A stretch of 41,088 nucleotides of DNA from a virus (Duplodnaviria > Heunggongvirae > Uroviricota > Caudoviricetes), in the IMG/VR virus record IMGVR_UViG_2579778622_000013, positions 1-41,088 of that record. One strand, given 5' to 3'. The notes beneath the pieces are model-generated. The model did no database searches. It was not told where the DNA came from and was given only the letters and a program-made list of their open reading frames with translations. Of this stretch, positions 24,373 to 33,942 are shown in pieces. Position numbers and translations under genes: made by a program. Position 1 is the first letter of the stretch; every line of letters begins with the position of its first letter.

Positions 24373-26885
24373 TGCCAGTTGTACCAACAACATCGGGACG
24401 TCAGGTTGAGAGTCGTGGAGTTCAGTCAGCAGGCTTGCAGACGTTTTCTCAGCCAGGTATTAGTGATGCTTTTGTTCGGGCAGGGACAGAGGCAATTGAT
24501 GTTCTGGGTCAGGCAAAACAGCGTGCCAATATTGCCTTGGTTCAGGAGGCATCCCTTAAACTCAGTCAGACAGGCAGCGATCTGCTGAATAACCCTGAAA
24601 CAGGTTTGCTTAACCTGAAAGGGAAAAATGCTATTGGAAAAGGTCAGGAGTATACGCAGCAGTTTAATGCCCAGGTCGAGCAACTGGCTATGTCGCTGCC
24701 GGATGAACAAGCTCGTAATGCTTTCATGCAGCAGGCGCAGCAGCAGCGCATTCAGTTCACTACGCAGGCCGGGCGGCACGAGATAGGGCAAATAAATGCC
24801 TACGAAGAAGGCCAGTTTCAGGCGACGCTGCTGAACAATGGTAAAAATGCCGCAGCATTGTATGGCGACAACGCCGCATACGTATTGGCTAATAAGCAAA
24901 CTTTCCAGCAAATTGAGGATTACGGCATTGCACATGGCTGGAGTGACGAGCAAATCCAGGCCAAGAAAATCGAGTTTAAAGAGAAGGTTGCTGATGCTGC
25001 ATTGTCCCAGTGGTCGGCAAACAATGCGACCGCATTCATCCAAAGTAATGGCGAGTTAAGTGATACTGCTGCTGGAGCTCGCCGTGCTGTAGCAGATAGT
25101 GACTCTTCCGAGCGTGCCCGTGGCATACGCAACAATAACCCAGGAAATCTCGAATACAGCAAAACTAATCCGTGGGTAGGCCAGACCGGTGATGATGGTC
25201 GATTTGCTAAATTCGAAACACCTGAACACGGGATTCGTGCATTAGGGCGGAACCTGATGTCGTATCAGCGGCAGGGTATTGATACAGTCAGCGAGATAAT
25301 TAATCGCTGGGCACCGCCTACTGATAAAAATGACACTATGTCGTATATCAAAGCAGTGTGCGAACAACTTGGCGTTTCTGCTGATGATCCTCTCGATGCA
25401 TCTAATCCTGATACCCTGAAGGCGCTTTGTGCAGCCATTATCTATCATGAGAACGGTAGCCAGCCATACAGTGATCAGCAGTTAACTGCTGGTGTCAGTG
25501 CAGCACTTGGTTTATCAACAATTCCAACCAACACCAAACGCTATACCGGTAATGCAGCATTCGATGCGGCATCTCCTGAGGCGCAGGCAAGTTTTATGCG
25601 ACAGGCGGATCAACTGCGTCGGCAGCAGCAGGCTGAATATAAAACGATGATTGACAGCCAGGTTCGCGATGCGACAGCTGCGTATATGCGTGGCGTTGAA
25701 TTTCCTAACCCACCTGATGAGGCTGATTTTATTGCAGCTTATGGTGTCAGAGAAGGAAACCTGCGATATACCGAGTTTAAGAATACGCAGATCGCCGGAC
25801 AGTATATAGGCTCTTTCCGCAACATGCCGACAAGCAGCATTACAGCATATGTTGAGCAATTACGCCCGGATACTGGTGAGACAGGGGAGGGGTATGCGGC
25901 ACGCGCAGCTCTTTATGACAACGTTGTTTCGGCTGCAAATCAGGTGATAAAGCAGCGGCAATCGGATCCTGTGCAGTTCTCTCTTGCCGCCGGACAGGCA
26001 AAGCCTATCGACATGAGCAATAAGGATAACTTTGGACAGAGCGTTGCCTTGCGTGCCGCTCAGGTCAGTGACCTTGCCAAGTCATATGGCACTCCACTGA
26101 CGTTCTTTTCCAAAGACGAGGCCAATCAGATCGGTGTTTTCTTTCGTGATGCGCCCGTTTCCCAACAGGCAGCATATCTCGATACCATCAGGCAAAGCAC
26201 TGGTGGTGGGCAGGTGTATATGTCAGCACTACAGCAGATCAGTGCCAACGCTCCATCTGCTGCCGTTGCCGGGATACTGATGGATAAACCTGGTGGTATT
26301 TTGGCAGAAAAAAACTGGTTTAATCCGGATGTTTCCGTGTCACCTGAAACCGCTGCGCAGACAATTCTTGCTGGCGCGGCGGCTCGTAAAGGTACTGATG
26401 ATGCGAAAGGTATTCCGATGCCTAAAGATGCTGATCTTCGCCTTGAGTTTTCTGACATGGTGAAGGATGCATTTGCTGGTGATGCTCAGGGGGCATCAAT
26501 GGCATACGAGATCGCAAAGGACTATTACGCTGGTGTGATGGCGAAAAAAGGCGTGGTATCAGGCGAAATTGACAATGATATCTGGAAACAGGCTGTTAAC
26601 GTAGCTACAGGTGGCGTGCATGACTATAACGGAATGGGGAATGTTCTTTTGCCGTGGGGAATGTCTGCAGAGCAATTCGATAAGCAGGTTAATCAGGCTT
26701 GGAATGAACAAGTTGTCGGCACAGGGATAAAAACACCGCCTGGTCAGTATGGTTTGCAAAGTTACGGCGATAGTCAGTACCTGGTAAAACTTGGGACTGG
26801 ATATCTGCTGAAGGATGATGGTTCTCCTGTTGTTCTTGATCTGACACAGAAGCGTCAGAGATTCTCCGGAGATATTCCGCAATGA
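24372..26885 (+). CDS. Internal virion / ejection protein (gp15-like by position)
   Basis: 837 aa; contains GIRNNNPGNLEY segment. Confidence 0.55.
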   Translation: MPVVPTTSGRQVESRGVQSAGLQTFSQPGISDAFVRAGTEAIDVLGQAKQRANIALVQEASLKLSQTGSDLLNNPETGLLNLKGKNAIGKGQEYTQQFNAQVEQLAMSLPDEQARNAFMQQAQQQRIQFTTQAGRHEIGQINAYEEGQFQATLLNNGKNAAALYGDNAAYVLANKQTFQQIEDYGIAHGWSDEQIQAKKIEFKEKVADAALSQWSANNATAFIQSNGELSDTAAGARRAVADSDSSERARGIRNNNPGNLEYSKTNPWVGQTGDDGRFAKFETPEHGIRALGRNLMSYQRQGIDTVSEIINRWAPPTDKNDTMSYIKAVCEQLGVSADDPLDASNPDTLKALCAAIIYHENGSQPYSDQQLTAGVSAALGLSTIPTNTKRYTGNAAFDAASPEAQASFMRQADQLRRQQQAEYKTMIDSQVRDATAAYMRGVEFPNPPDEADFIAAYGVREGNLRYTEFKNTQIAGQYIGSFRNMPTSSITAYVEQLRPDTGETGEGYAARAALYDNVVSAANQVIKQRQSDPVQFSLAAGQAKPIDMSNKDNFGQSVALRAAQVSDLAKSYGTPLTFFSKDEANQIGVFFRDAPVSQQAAYLDTIRQSTGGGQVYMSALQQISANAPSAAVAGILMDKPGGILAEKNWFNPDVSVSPETAAQTILAGAAARKGTDDAKGIPMPKDADLRLEFSDMVKDAFAGDAQGASMAYEIAKDYYAGVMAKKGVVSGEIDNDIWKQAVNVATGGVHDYNGMGNVLLPWGMSAEQFDKQVNQAWNEQVVGTGIKTPPGQYGLQSYGDSQYLVKLGTGYLLKDDGSPVVLDLTQKRQRFSGDIPQ

Positions 26886-28684
26886 GTTACTTTGGCCTTA
26901 ATCCAGTAAACCAGAATCAGCAGCTTGACGAAGCAGTATCAAATCCAGCTGGCTTTAACAGCGATGTTGGTTTTTTCGACAATGCTGTAGGAGCGGCATT
27001 GTCTGGTTTGTACTCCGGGCTGGTGGCAAAGCCAGATCAGTTGCTATGGGCAGGGATGGATAAAATCGTATCCCCGATTGCTCAGTTTGTTAACGAAAAC
27101 ACCTCGCTCAATGACACTTCAGTTTCATACATTGCCGAGCAGAGAAAACTAGCAGAGCAGCAGGTTAAGCGGCTGACGCCTGATGCCGCGACAACCGGAA
27201 CCGCAGGGCAGGTTCTTTATGGGTTGTTCGATATGGGCGGGCAGGCTGTTGTCGGTACAACGCTCGGTGGTCCGCTCGGAGGTGCAGCGGCGGTAACTTC
27301 GCTACAGGGTTTTTCTGAGTTTGAACGGCTGACAGCACAGGGTGTTGATTTCAGGACAGCGCAGGAAGCGGGATTAGTGCAGGGCATTACTGCTGGGGCC
27401 GGGACATTGATCCCTATGAGCCTCGGGTTACGTGCTGGTGGTGCGCTGGCGGAAGGTGTGGCGGCTCAGCTCGCGCGGACGGGTGAAAGTTCAGTACGAC
27501 GCGCCGCAGCAACAGCAGTACGTGCAACGCCAGATATTGCCTATGCCGCAGGTACAAATATTGCGTTCGGTATGGCACAGCGTGGGCTTACTGCAAAAAC
27601 GCTTCGTGATGGTGGCTATAGCGAAATGGCTAACCAGTATGATGTGTTGGATCGACAGGCAATTGCTATTGATGCTGTTCTTGGGGTGGCGTTTGGTGGT
27701 GTCGGCAGATTTATTAACTCTCGCGGCGAGTCTACAAACGCACCAAATTTTTCACCAGTTGATATCGATGCTGCACTGGCGGCGAATGCCGCTCATCATG
27801 CTGAAATTGATATTGCGCCCGGCGTGCCGATCAACGTGCTTTCGCGCAATTCTCACATTCAGGCTCTGCGAAAAGCTATGTCTGATGTTAGCCAGGGGAG
27901 ACCTGTAGACGTTGCCAGCATTGTTGAGTCTGCATCTTTCAGTGAAATTCCTGGGCGCAAGAGTCTGCTGTCTCAGGCAGTTAATGAGGCTCTGTCATCT
28001 GTAGATGATGGAGTAACGGCGCGCGCTATAGAAAATCGGTTGCTTGAAGAACAGGCCGCGCAGCTTTTGCCGCGTGGAGATAGACAGGTTTACCAGTCTG
28101 AAATCGCTAATAGCCAACGAATTATTGAAAATCTCACTGAACAGCGTGCACAAATTCTTGCAGAAGAGCCAACCGGTAGCGGTAAAGCTTTGTCTCGTGC
28201 TCGATCAGATAAACAGGCCAGACTTCGCGATATTGATCAACGAATCCGGCAGGCACAAGAACGCCTGGAATTTTCCCGTAACGCGTTGGCACCGCACGAG
28301 CCTGGCGGTCAGCTTTTTGAAGCTCGAGCAGAACTGGCTCGGAGACAGCAGGCAGAAAGTGAACTTAATGCTCAGGCTGTTTCATTCTATAAAACAGCAG
28401 AGGTCAGGACGCCAGACGAAGTAGCTCCTTTTGAGCCTGATAAAATATTGCAACAGGCAGAACAAAAAATGATGTCAGATAAGGCAGGAGATATTGATCT
28501 GCGCATAGCTGAAGACTCGCTGCTTGAATCACCTGACATGATAATCACCGTGCTGGATGATGATGGTAATCCACAATCGCGCAGCGCGCGTGAAGTACTG
28601 GATGAAGCGAACAGGGAAAGTGAGCAGGCAATACAGGATTCCAGCCTGTTTGATGTCGCTGTGGCGTGTTTCTTGAGAGGTTAA
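26882..28684 (+). CDS. Internal virion / ejection protein (gp16 N-part-like by position)
   Basis: 600 aa, coiled-coil rich. Confidence 0.55.
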   Translation: MSYFGLNPVNQNQQLDEAVSNPAGFNSDVGFFDNAVGAALSGLYSGLVAKPDQLLWAGMDKIVSPIAQFVNENTSLNDTSVSYIAEQRKLAEQQVKRLTPDAATTGTAGQVLYGLFDMGGQAVVGTTLGGPLGGAAAVTSLQGFSEFERLTAQGVDFRTAQEAGLVQGITAGAGTLIPMSLGLRAGGALAEGVAAQLARTGESSVRRAAATAVRATPDIAYAAGTNIAFGMAQRGLTAKTLRDGGYSEMANQYDVLDRQAIAIDAVLGVAFGGVGRFINSRGESTNAPNFSPVDIDAALAANAAHHAEIDIAPGVPINVLSRNSHIQALRKAMSDVSQGRPVDVASIVESASFSEIPGRKSLLSQAVNEALSSVDDGVTARAIENRLLEEQAAQLLPRGDRQVYQSEIANSQRIIENLTEQRAQILAEEPTGSGKALSRARSDKQARLRDIDQRIRQAQERLEFSRNALAPHEPGGQLFEARAELARRQQAESELNAQAVSFYKTAEVRTPDEVAPFEPDKILQQAEQKMMSDKAGDIDLRIAEDSLLESPDMIITVLDDDGNPQSRSAREVLDEANRESEQAIQDSSLFDVAVACFLRG

Positions 28685-28689
28685 ATTAA

Positions 28690-31164
28690 ATGAGACAGGA
28701 ATGTATACAAGCGGTCCAGCAGGCGGCGCAGCGCACGTTAACGGCGCGAGAAATACAGAACATTGAAGACCGCATTTATCGAAATATGCGCTCTATTGCT
28801 CGTGATGACCCGATGTCGTGGAGACAACTTTCCGAATCAGAGCGGCTATATCGTGCAGCACAATTGGCATCTGAAGAATTACAGCGAGAAGCGGCATTAA
28901 AGAAACGTCGTGTGGCCCTCACTATAGCCGCACGTCAGAGATTGGATAAATTTATCAATAGCTATCAAGGGGCTGATGGGAAACTTGGCGCTCTTAACCG
29001 TACTATTGCTTTTAATGCAGACGGTAAATCGAATTTCCTCTCTGTTGAATCCAGAACAAAAGCCACCCGTGATTATGCATTGAGTCAATTGCAGGAGGCA
29101 TTCGAAGCAGTTGATCCTCGCTTTTTTGGTCTGTTTGAAGATGAAGCTGGCGTACGTGACCTGGTATATGAAATGCGGGGGCAAAATACTGGCAATGCTA
29201 AAGCAAGAAAAGGTGCTAAGGCGTGGAGAGAAGTTACAGAGCTGCTGCGCCGCCGGTTTAATGATGCTGGTGGGGACATTGGCTATCTCGAAAACTGGGG
29301 GATCCCTCAACATCATTCTATGGAAAAGGTTGGGGCGGTATCAAAAGATAAATGGGTTAGCGATGTTATAGGTAAGCTGGATCGCAAATATTATACCCGA
29401 GCCGATGGACAACTGATGAACGATGCCGAGTTGTCTGCATTTCTTGGAGAGGCTTATAACACGATCGCTACTGGTGGGTTGAATAAGCTTACTGATACCG
29501 GAATGCGAATTTCCGGCGCACGTGCTAACCGTGGTAATGCATCACGACAGATACATTTCAAAGATGCAGATTCCTATCTTCAATATCAGCAACTTTATGG
29601 CGATCGCTCTCTATGGGAAATCATGGTCGGTCACCTGGAAGGTATCAGTAAAGATATTGCACTGGTGGAAACATATGGCCCAAACCCCGATCATGTTTTC
29701 CGCTCTCTTCTTGATCAGGTGAAGGCAGAAACGGCAACAGCTAACCCGAGTAAAACCGGTAAAGTCGAGCGGCTGGCGAACAACACAGAGAATCTGTACA
29801 ACTTTATTTCCGGAAAGACACAGCCTGTAGCGAATCCGCACATCGCGCGATGGTCTGACAATATCCGCAACTGGCTGGTTGCCAGCAGACTCGGATCCGC
29901 GTTGCTGTCATCGTTCTCTGATCTTGGAACCATGTATCTGTCTGCGAAGGTTACCAACCTTCCAATGAACCAGTTATTCCGCAACCAGCTTGAAGCTATG
30001 GACCCAACGAACCGTACAGAACTTGCGCGGGCGCGCCGCGCTGGTCTGGCGATGGAATCTCTACTTGGCAGCGTTAACCGCTGGGCGATGGATAATATGG
30101 GGCCGTCTGTGTCTCGTTGGGCTGCAACGGCGGTAATGCGTGCCAGTGGGCTTACAGCATGGTCAGATGCGCACAAGCGCGCCTATGGCGTAACCATGAT
30201 GGGAAGCTTGGGAGAAGTAGTGTCACGGACACCAGACCTTCGTAGCCTCGATGATTCTGATTTTCGTATCCTGAAAAGCAAAGGGATTACTGACACAGAC
30301 TGGAGCGTATGGAAGCTGGCGCAACAGGAGGACTGGGGGAACGGCAATAATACGATGCTGACACCGGAAAGCATTATGCGTATCCCTGATTCAGCAGTTA
30401 AACATCTTGGTGAGCCTGAACGCGTGAAATTTGAGGCAATGCGTAAACTGCTCGGTGCCGTAACTGAAGAAGTTGATATGGCTGTTATTACACCGGGAGC
30501 ACGTGAGCAACTGATAACCGGTTCTGGTATTCAGCGTGGAACATGGAAAGGTGAATTAACGAGAAGTGTTTTCCTGTTTAAATCGTTCCCTATCTCGGTG
30601 GTTATGCGTCACTGGTCACGCGCTATGGGTATGCCGTCTGCTGGTGGGCGTGCGGCATATATTGCGACGTTTATTGCCAGTACGACCATTCTTGGCGCTT
30701 TGTCGCAGCAACTTAACGACCTTGCGTCTGGTCGTAATCCTCGCGAGATGACAGGAGAAGATGCTGCTAAATTTTGGCTTGGTGCTCTACTGAAAGGTGG
30801 TGGTCTTGGCCTTTACGGTGACTTTTTATTGTCAGATCACACTAGGTACGGAAGCGGCGCGCTGGCGTCGATGCTTGGCCCGGTAGCTGGTCTGGTTGAT
30901 GACGTAGTGAAGATTGCTCAGGGCATACCGTTAAATGCTGTGGAAGGGAAGAGTGAGCAGACTGGTGGTGATCTGGTGAAGCTGGGGAAAGGTTTGATGC
31001 CTGGTGCGAATCTCTGGTACTTGAAGGCGGCTCTCGATCACATGATCTTTAACCAGATGCAGGAGTATTTTTCACCAGGCTATTTGCGTAAAATGGAGCA
31101 ACGTTCGAAGAAAGAGTTTAACCAGACATACTGGTGGCGACCACAGGATGTCACTCCGCAATAA
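28690..31164 (+). CDS. Internal virion / ejection protein (gp16 C-part-like by position)
   Basis: 824 aa. Confidence 0.55.
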   Translation: MRQECIQAVQQAAQRTLTAREIQNIEDRIYRNMRSIARDDPMSWRQLSESERLYRAAQLASEELQREAALKKRRVALTIAARQRLDKFINSYQGADGKLGALNRTIAFNADGKSNFLSVESRTKATRDYALSQLQEAFEAVDPRFFGLFEDEAGVRDLVYEMRGQNTGNAKARKGAKAWREVTELLRRRFNDAGGDIGYLENWGIPQHHSMEKVGAVSKDKWVSDVIGKLDRKYYTRADGQLMNDAELSAFLGEAYNTIATGGLNKLTDTGMRISGARANRGNASRQIHFKDADSYLQYQQLYGDRSLWEIMVGHLEGISKDIALVETYGPNPDHVFRSLLDQVKAETATANPSKTGKVERLANNTENLYNFISGKTQPVANPHIARWSDNIRNWLVASRLGSALLSSFSDLGTMYLSAKVTNLPMNQLFRNQLEAMDPTNRTELARARRAGLAMESLLGSVNRWAMDNMGPSVSRWAATAVMRASGLTAWSDAHKRAYGVTMMGSLGEVVSRTPDLRSLDDSDFRILKSKGITDTDWSVWKLAQQEDWGNGNNTMLTPESIMRIPDSAVKHLGEPERVKFEAMRKLLGAVTEEVDMAVITPGAREQLITGSGIQRGTWKGELTRSVFLFKSFPISVVMRHWSRAMGMPSAGGRAAYIATFIASTTILGALSQQLNDLASGRNPREMTGEDAAKFWLGALLKGGGLGLYGDFLLSDHTRYGSGALASMLGPVAGLVDDVVKIAQGIPLNAVEGKSEQTGGDLVKLGKGLMPGANLWYLKAALDHMIFNQMQEYFSPGYLRKMEQRSKKEFNQTYWWRPQDVTPQ

Positions 31165-31175
31165 AAGGAGATATG

Positions 31176-31298
31176 ATGGTTCAAATAACTTTTATTGTAC
31201 TAATATGTGCAGCGTTTTTATGCTATTCATACATTTTGATAAAAATGGGTTTCAATTGGAATCTCTGTTGCGTGCAGCGGCATGGTTCGGCTTTGTAG
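31176..31298 (+). CDS. Small hydrophobic peptide (40 aa)
   Basis: ATG 31176 five nt after AAGGAG; MVQITFIVLICAAFLCYSYILIK...; AT-rich; different frame from ORF-track entry 31148..31336. Confidence 0.35.
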   Translation: MVQITFIVLICAAFLCYSYILIKMGFNWNLCCVQRHGSAL

Positions 31299-31383
31299 TA
31301 TTCGGAATTGTATTGTTCGGAAGAATAATAAAATAACTAGTTAATTTGTGGATTGGTGCTGTTTTTCCATGATAGGGGTAATT

Positions 31384-31764
31384 ATGAGAAAAGTATTTTT
31401 GATTTTTGGATTTATGCTTCTCGTTGGATGCCAGTCAGCTGCACAGTTTGAAAGAAATATGCTTACGTGGCGCGGGCAGAGTATAGACGCAATGGTTCAG
31501 CAGTGGGGGTATCCTCAGGGAGAGCTTACATCTCCAGATGGAAACAGAGTGTATGTTTACTCAAGCTCTGGTAGTTATAACGTACCACAAACCACAACGT
31601 ATAATACTACGTCTAATCTAATTGGTAATACTATATATTCAAACACATACGCAACAACTGATGGCGGTTATACACTCCATTTCAGTTGCTCTGTTTACGT
31701 TGAGTTTGGTGCTGATAAGATTATTAAAAATGTTACATGGCGCGGTAATAATTGCGTTGCGTGA
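31384..31764 (+). CDS. Moron lipoprotein (signal peptide plus lipobox LLVGC)
   Basis: MRKVFLIFGFMLLVGCQS...; Ser/Thr/Tyr/Asn-rich mature part; AT-rich. Confidence 0.6.
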   Translation: MRKVFLIFGFMLLVGCQSAAQFERNMLTWRGQSIDAMVQQWGYPQGELTSPDGNRVYVYSSSGSYNVPQTTTYNTTSNLIGNTIYSNTYATTDGGYTLHFSCSVYVEFGADKIIKNVTWRGNNCVA

Positions 31765-31772
31765 CATGTCAC

Positions 31773-31797
31773 AGGCCGCTTTCGCGGCCTTGTTTTT
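31773..31797 (+). terminator. Rho-independent terminator after lipoprotein gene
   Basis: Stem AGGCCGC/GCGGCCT, loop TTTC, then TGTTTTT. Confidence 0.6.
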
Positions 31798-31957
31798 AAC
31801 GAATGCCACCGTCACCCGGGCGGGAATCCGCAGAACGCCCACCGCAGCGGGAGCCGTCAGCGGCAGTATCGCTGTCGTGCTGACAACGACCGGCAAAGGC
31901 CTGAGTTGAAGCTACCAGAGACAACAAAACGAACAGTGCAGCAAATGCTTTTTTCAT
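31796..31957 (-). CDS. Small secreted Cys-containing peptide (53 aa)
   Basis: MKKAFAALFVLLSLVASTQAFA signal-peptide-like N-terminus; weak RBS. Confidence 0.3.
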   Translation of the reverse strand: MKKAFAALFVLLSLVASTQAFAGRCQHDSDTAADGSRCGGRSADSRPGDGGIR

Positions 31958-32027
31958 TGTGAAATTTCCATCTATAAGCCACCTCAATGTGGCGTCAATG
32001 AGTGTAGCACTGACTTTTGTTTCGTCC

Positions 32028-32050
32028 ACAAAAAAGCCCGCGCTGCGGGC
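32028..32050 (-). terminator. Rho-independent terminator after the 210-aa moron gene
   Basis: Stem AGCCCGC/GCGGGCT followed by a T-run on the minus strand. Confidence 0.6.
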
Positions 32051-32055
32051 TTCTA

Positions 32056-32688
32056 TTAATGCAGTTTATCTTTGCTTATAACCAGTAGTCTGTGGGTATG
32101 CACATCTTTATCACTGCCCCAACAGAAATCAGCCCACTGGCTATAGAAATCATCCCATGATGCCATGAAGCTAAGAGGTCTATCTTCTTCAGAGCCATCT
32201 GAAACGTATACATTATATCCTGGGGTGTTTATAGCCCAAGAAATCATTCTTTCCCAGAATCTTCTCCCATCGATTGTTTGTTGCTCATCAGATACAACGA
32301 TCGCATATTGCTCTAGGAAGAACTGAAAAAAAATCTGAGGCAAACCATGAACAGCACGGTCATGAATAACATTAGGCGTACGCCATACCATGATCTGCGT
32401 ACATGTTCTTTTGGCTTCGACGATATCTTCCCGAAAGATTAACTTAACCGCATACACCGTTTCTGGAGTATCGCTGGTAGTAATCATTCTGTAATGATCG
32501 CCATTACAAGATTTTACAAGGCGATAACCATAAGGTGTTGTGAATCCCGGAAGAACGAAATCAACCACACCTTTCGCTAAGTAGCTTTCGGTGTGACTAG
32601 TGTTCTTCTCAGACATGTTCAGTTTTCTATCGAAATCTGCTTCTGGGATAATGTATGGCATCGCTTTTCTTGTTGTATTTGTTCTCAT
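32056..32688 (-). CDS. Hypothetical cytoplasmic moron protein (210 aa)
   Basis: Strong GGGAGGA RBS; AT-rich; no recognisable motif; own operator-containing upstream region. Confidence 0.6.
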   Translation of the reverse strand: MRTNTTRKAMPYIIPEADFDRKLNMSEKNTSHTESYLAKGVVDFVLPGFTTPYGYRLVKSCNGDHYRMITTSDTPETVYAVKLIFREDIVEAKRTCTQIMVWRTPNVIHDRAVHGLPQIFFQFFLEQYAIVVSDEQQTIDGRRFWERMISWAINTPGYNVYVSDGSEEDRPLSFMASWDDFYSQWADFCWGSDKDVHTHRLLVISKDKLH

Positions 32689-32747
32689 TTCGTCCTCCCA
32701 TGTTTGGCTACAGGACGCGTTTTGAAGGGAAGATTAAAAATGCTTTC

Positions 32748-32762
32748 TTACCCTTGAGGTAA
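32748..32762. promoter_or_regulatory. Operator-like palindrome TTACCCTTGAGGTAA
   Basis: Perfect dyad ~60 nt upstream of the 32688 start codon. Confidence 0.45.
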
Positions 32763-32834
32763 TAGTACGCTATTCACCCCCAGTCTGCAATCTGTACAGA
32801 ATTATTTAAAGGCACATCCCTGTGCCGCCGCCCG

Positions 32835-33545
32835 TCAGAAGAACCCTGCCTTGTCGTTGATGTACTCCGCGTGCGTCTGGATATCACGCAGGCATTTGCT
32901 CACACCGACGATGTAGCAGAACATGGTGGTCAGCTCCGCCGCCGCGCCCGATACGTCGTGCCCGTCGTCCTGTAACTGGTTCAGCAGATTCATCAGCAGT
33001 GAGTTCTCCGTCAGGCCGAGAACACCAGACGGCGAGTGAATCAGGCTGCGGTAGCCGGGCTTCAGCGGGGCGCTGTAGGTTTTGTTCTCTATCTTCATTG
33101 CCTGCATCACTGCTGACGCCGTGGCGTTGGCTACCTGGTCGGCAACCATCTTTATGCGTTCTTCCTGCGGGAGCGAGTTTTTAATGTAACTTCCGGTGCG
33201 GCGGATCTGAGGAAGAACCTCACCTGTAACCCATTTACGAAAGCGGTAGGGGATAGTGCCTGGTGTCACTGCGTCGCGGCAGCGGAGGATCAGTGTGTAG
33301 AGGCCTGACTCGGAGATGATGTTGATCTCTTTTACTCGGCTGTCAAAAATTGCACGATGTTCATGCCCTATGTTGAACATAGACCTTTCATCATCATCCA
33401 GTTTTTCAAGTGCTTGGGTGACGTTTTGGATACGCAGCGCACTACAAACGTCTTGGGCTACAAACCATGGTTGGCCATCGATAATGATGGAACGGATAGG
33501 GTTAACAGATTCAAATTTGAAGATGGCAGTTTGAGCATTAGCCAT
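32835..33545 (-). CDS. Antirepressor, Bro-N/AntA-type N-terminal domain
   Basis: N-terminus MANAQTAIFKFE..IRSIIIDGQPWFVAQDVCSALRI typical of Bro-N/AntA; ATG 33545 with GGAGA RBS. Confidence 0.75.
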   Translation of the reverse strand: MANAQTAIFKFESVNPIRSIIIDGQPWFVAQDVCSALRIQNVTQALEKLDDDERSMFNIGHEHRAIFDSRVKEINIISESGLYTLILRCRDAVTPGTIPYRFRKWVTGEVLPQIRRTGSYIKNSLPQEERIKMVADQVANATASAVMQAMKIENKTYSAPLKPGYRSLIHSPSGVLGLTENSLLMNLLNQLQDDGHDVSGAAAELTTMFCYIVGVSKCLRDIQTHAEYINDKAGFF

Positions 33546-33942
33546 GGTGGTTATCTCCACTTAGTGATTTTAATCACCACCGCAACGCCAATTACTGGTG
33601 GTGAACTGGACAAGGTTGGCGTACCGGCCTAAGTGGTACCGGCGTCCTTTCGGACCCCTGCCCAGCCCACCATAATTCGGATATAGCTGTGCTTAACGCA
33701 TAAAAAAACCACGTCTGGCGTGGTATGCGCCACTTAGTAACTCGGGACGCCAATCCCGGCACTGGATTTTGCCAGTACCCGATTACTATGGCACAAGAGG
33801 AGTGCGATGTAAATTTACCGCAAAGGTAATGATAAACGCGTAGAAATATCAAAATCAACCGTATTTGGTTGATTGCGTTTAACGCTTGATCACCTGAAAG
33901 CAAGATATTACCTTTAAGGTAATGTTATTGTGAGGAAAAGCA
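33546..33942. promoter_or_regulatory. Divergent control region and long antirepressor leader
   Basis: Dyads at 33815-33829 and 33908-33922; minus-strand intrinsic terminator 33702-33724; palindrome GTGATTTTAATCAC at 33564-33577; three mutually complementary 9-mers. Confidence 0.45.

Noticed and set aside
24426-25043. 205-aa ORF antisense to the 837-aa internal virion gene
   Set aside because: Embedded antisense frame with no RBS.
31148-31336. 62-aa ORF-track entry
   Set aside because: Overlaps the end of the upstream 824-aa gene; replaced by the 40-aa ORF 31176..31298, which has a canonical AAGGAG RBS, in a different frame.
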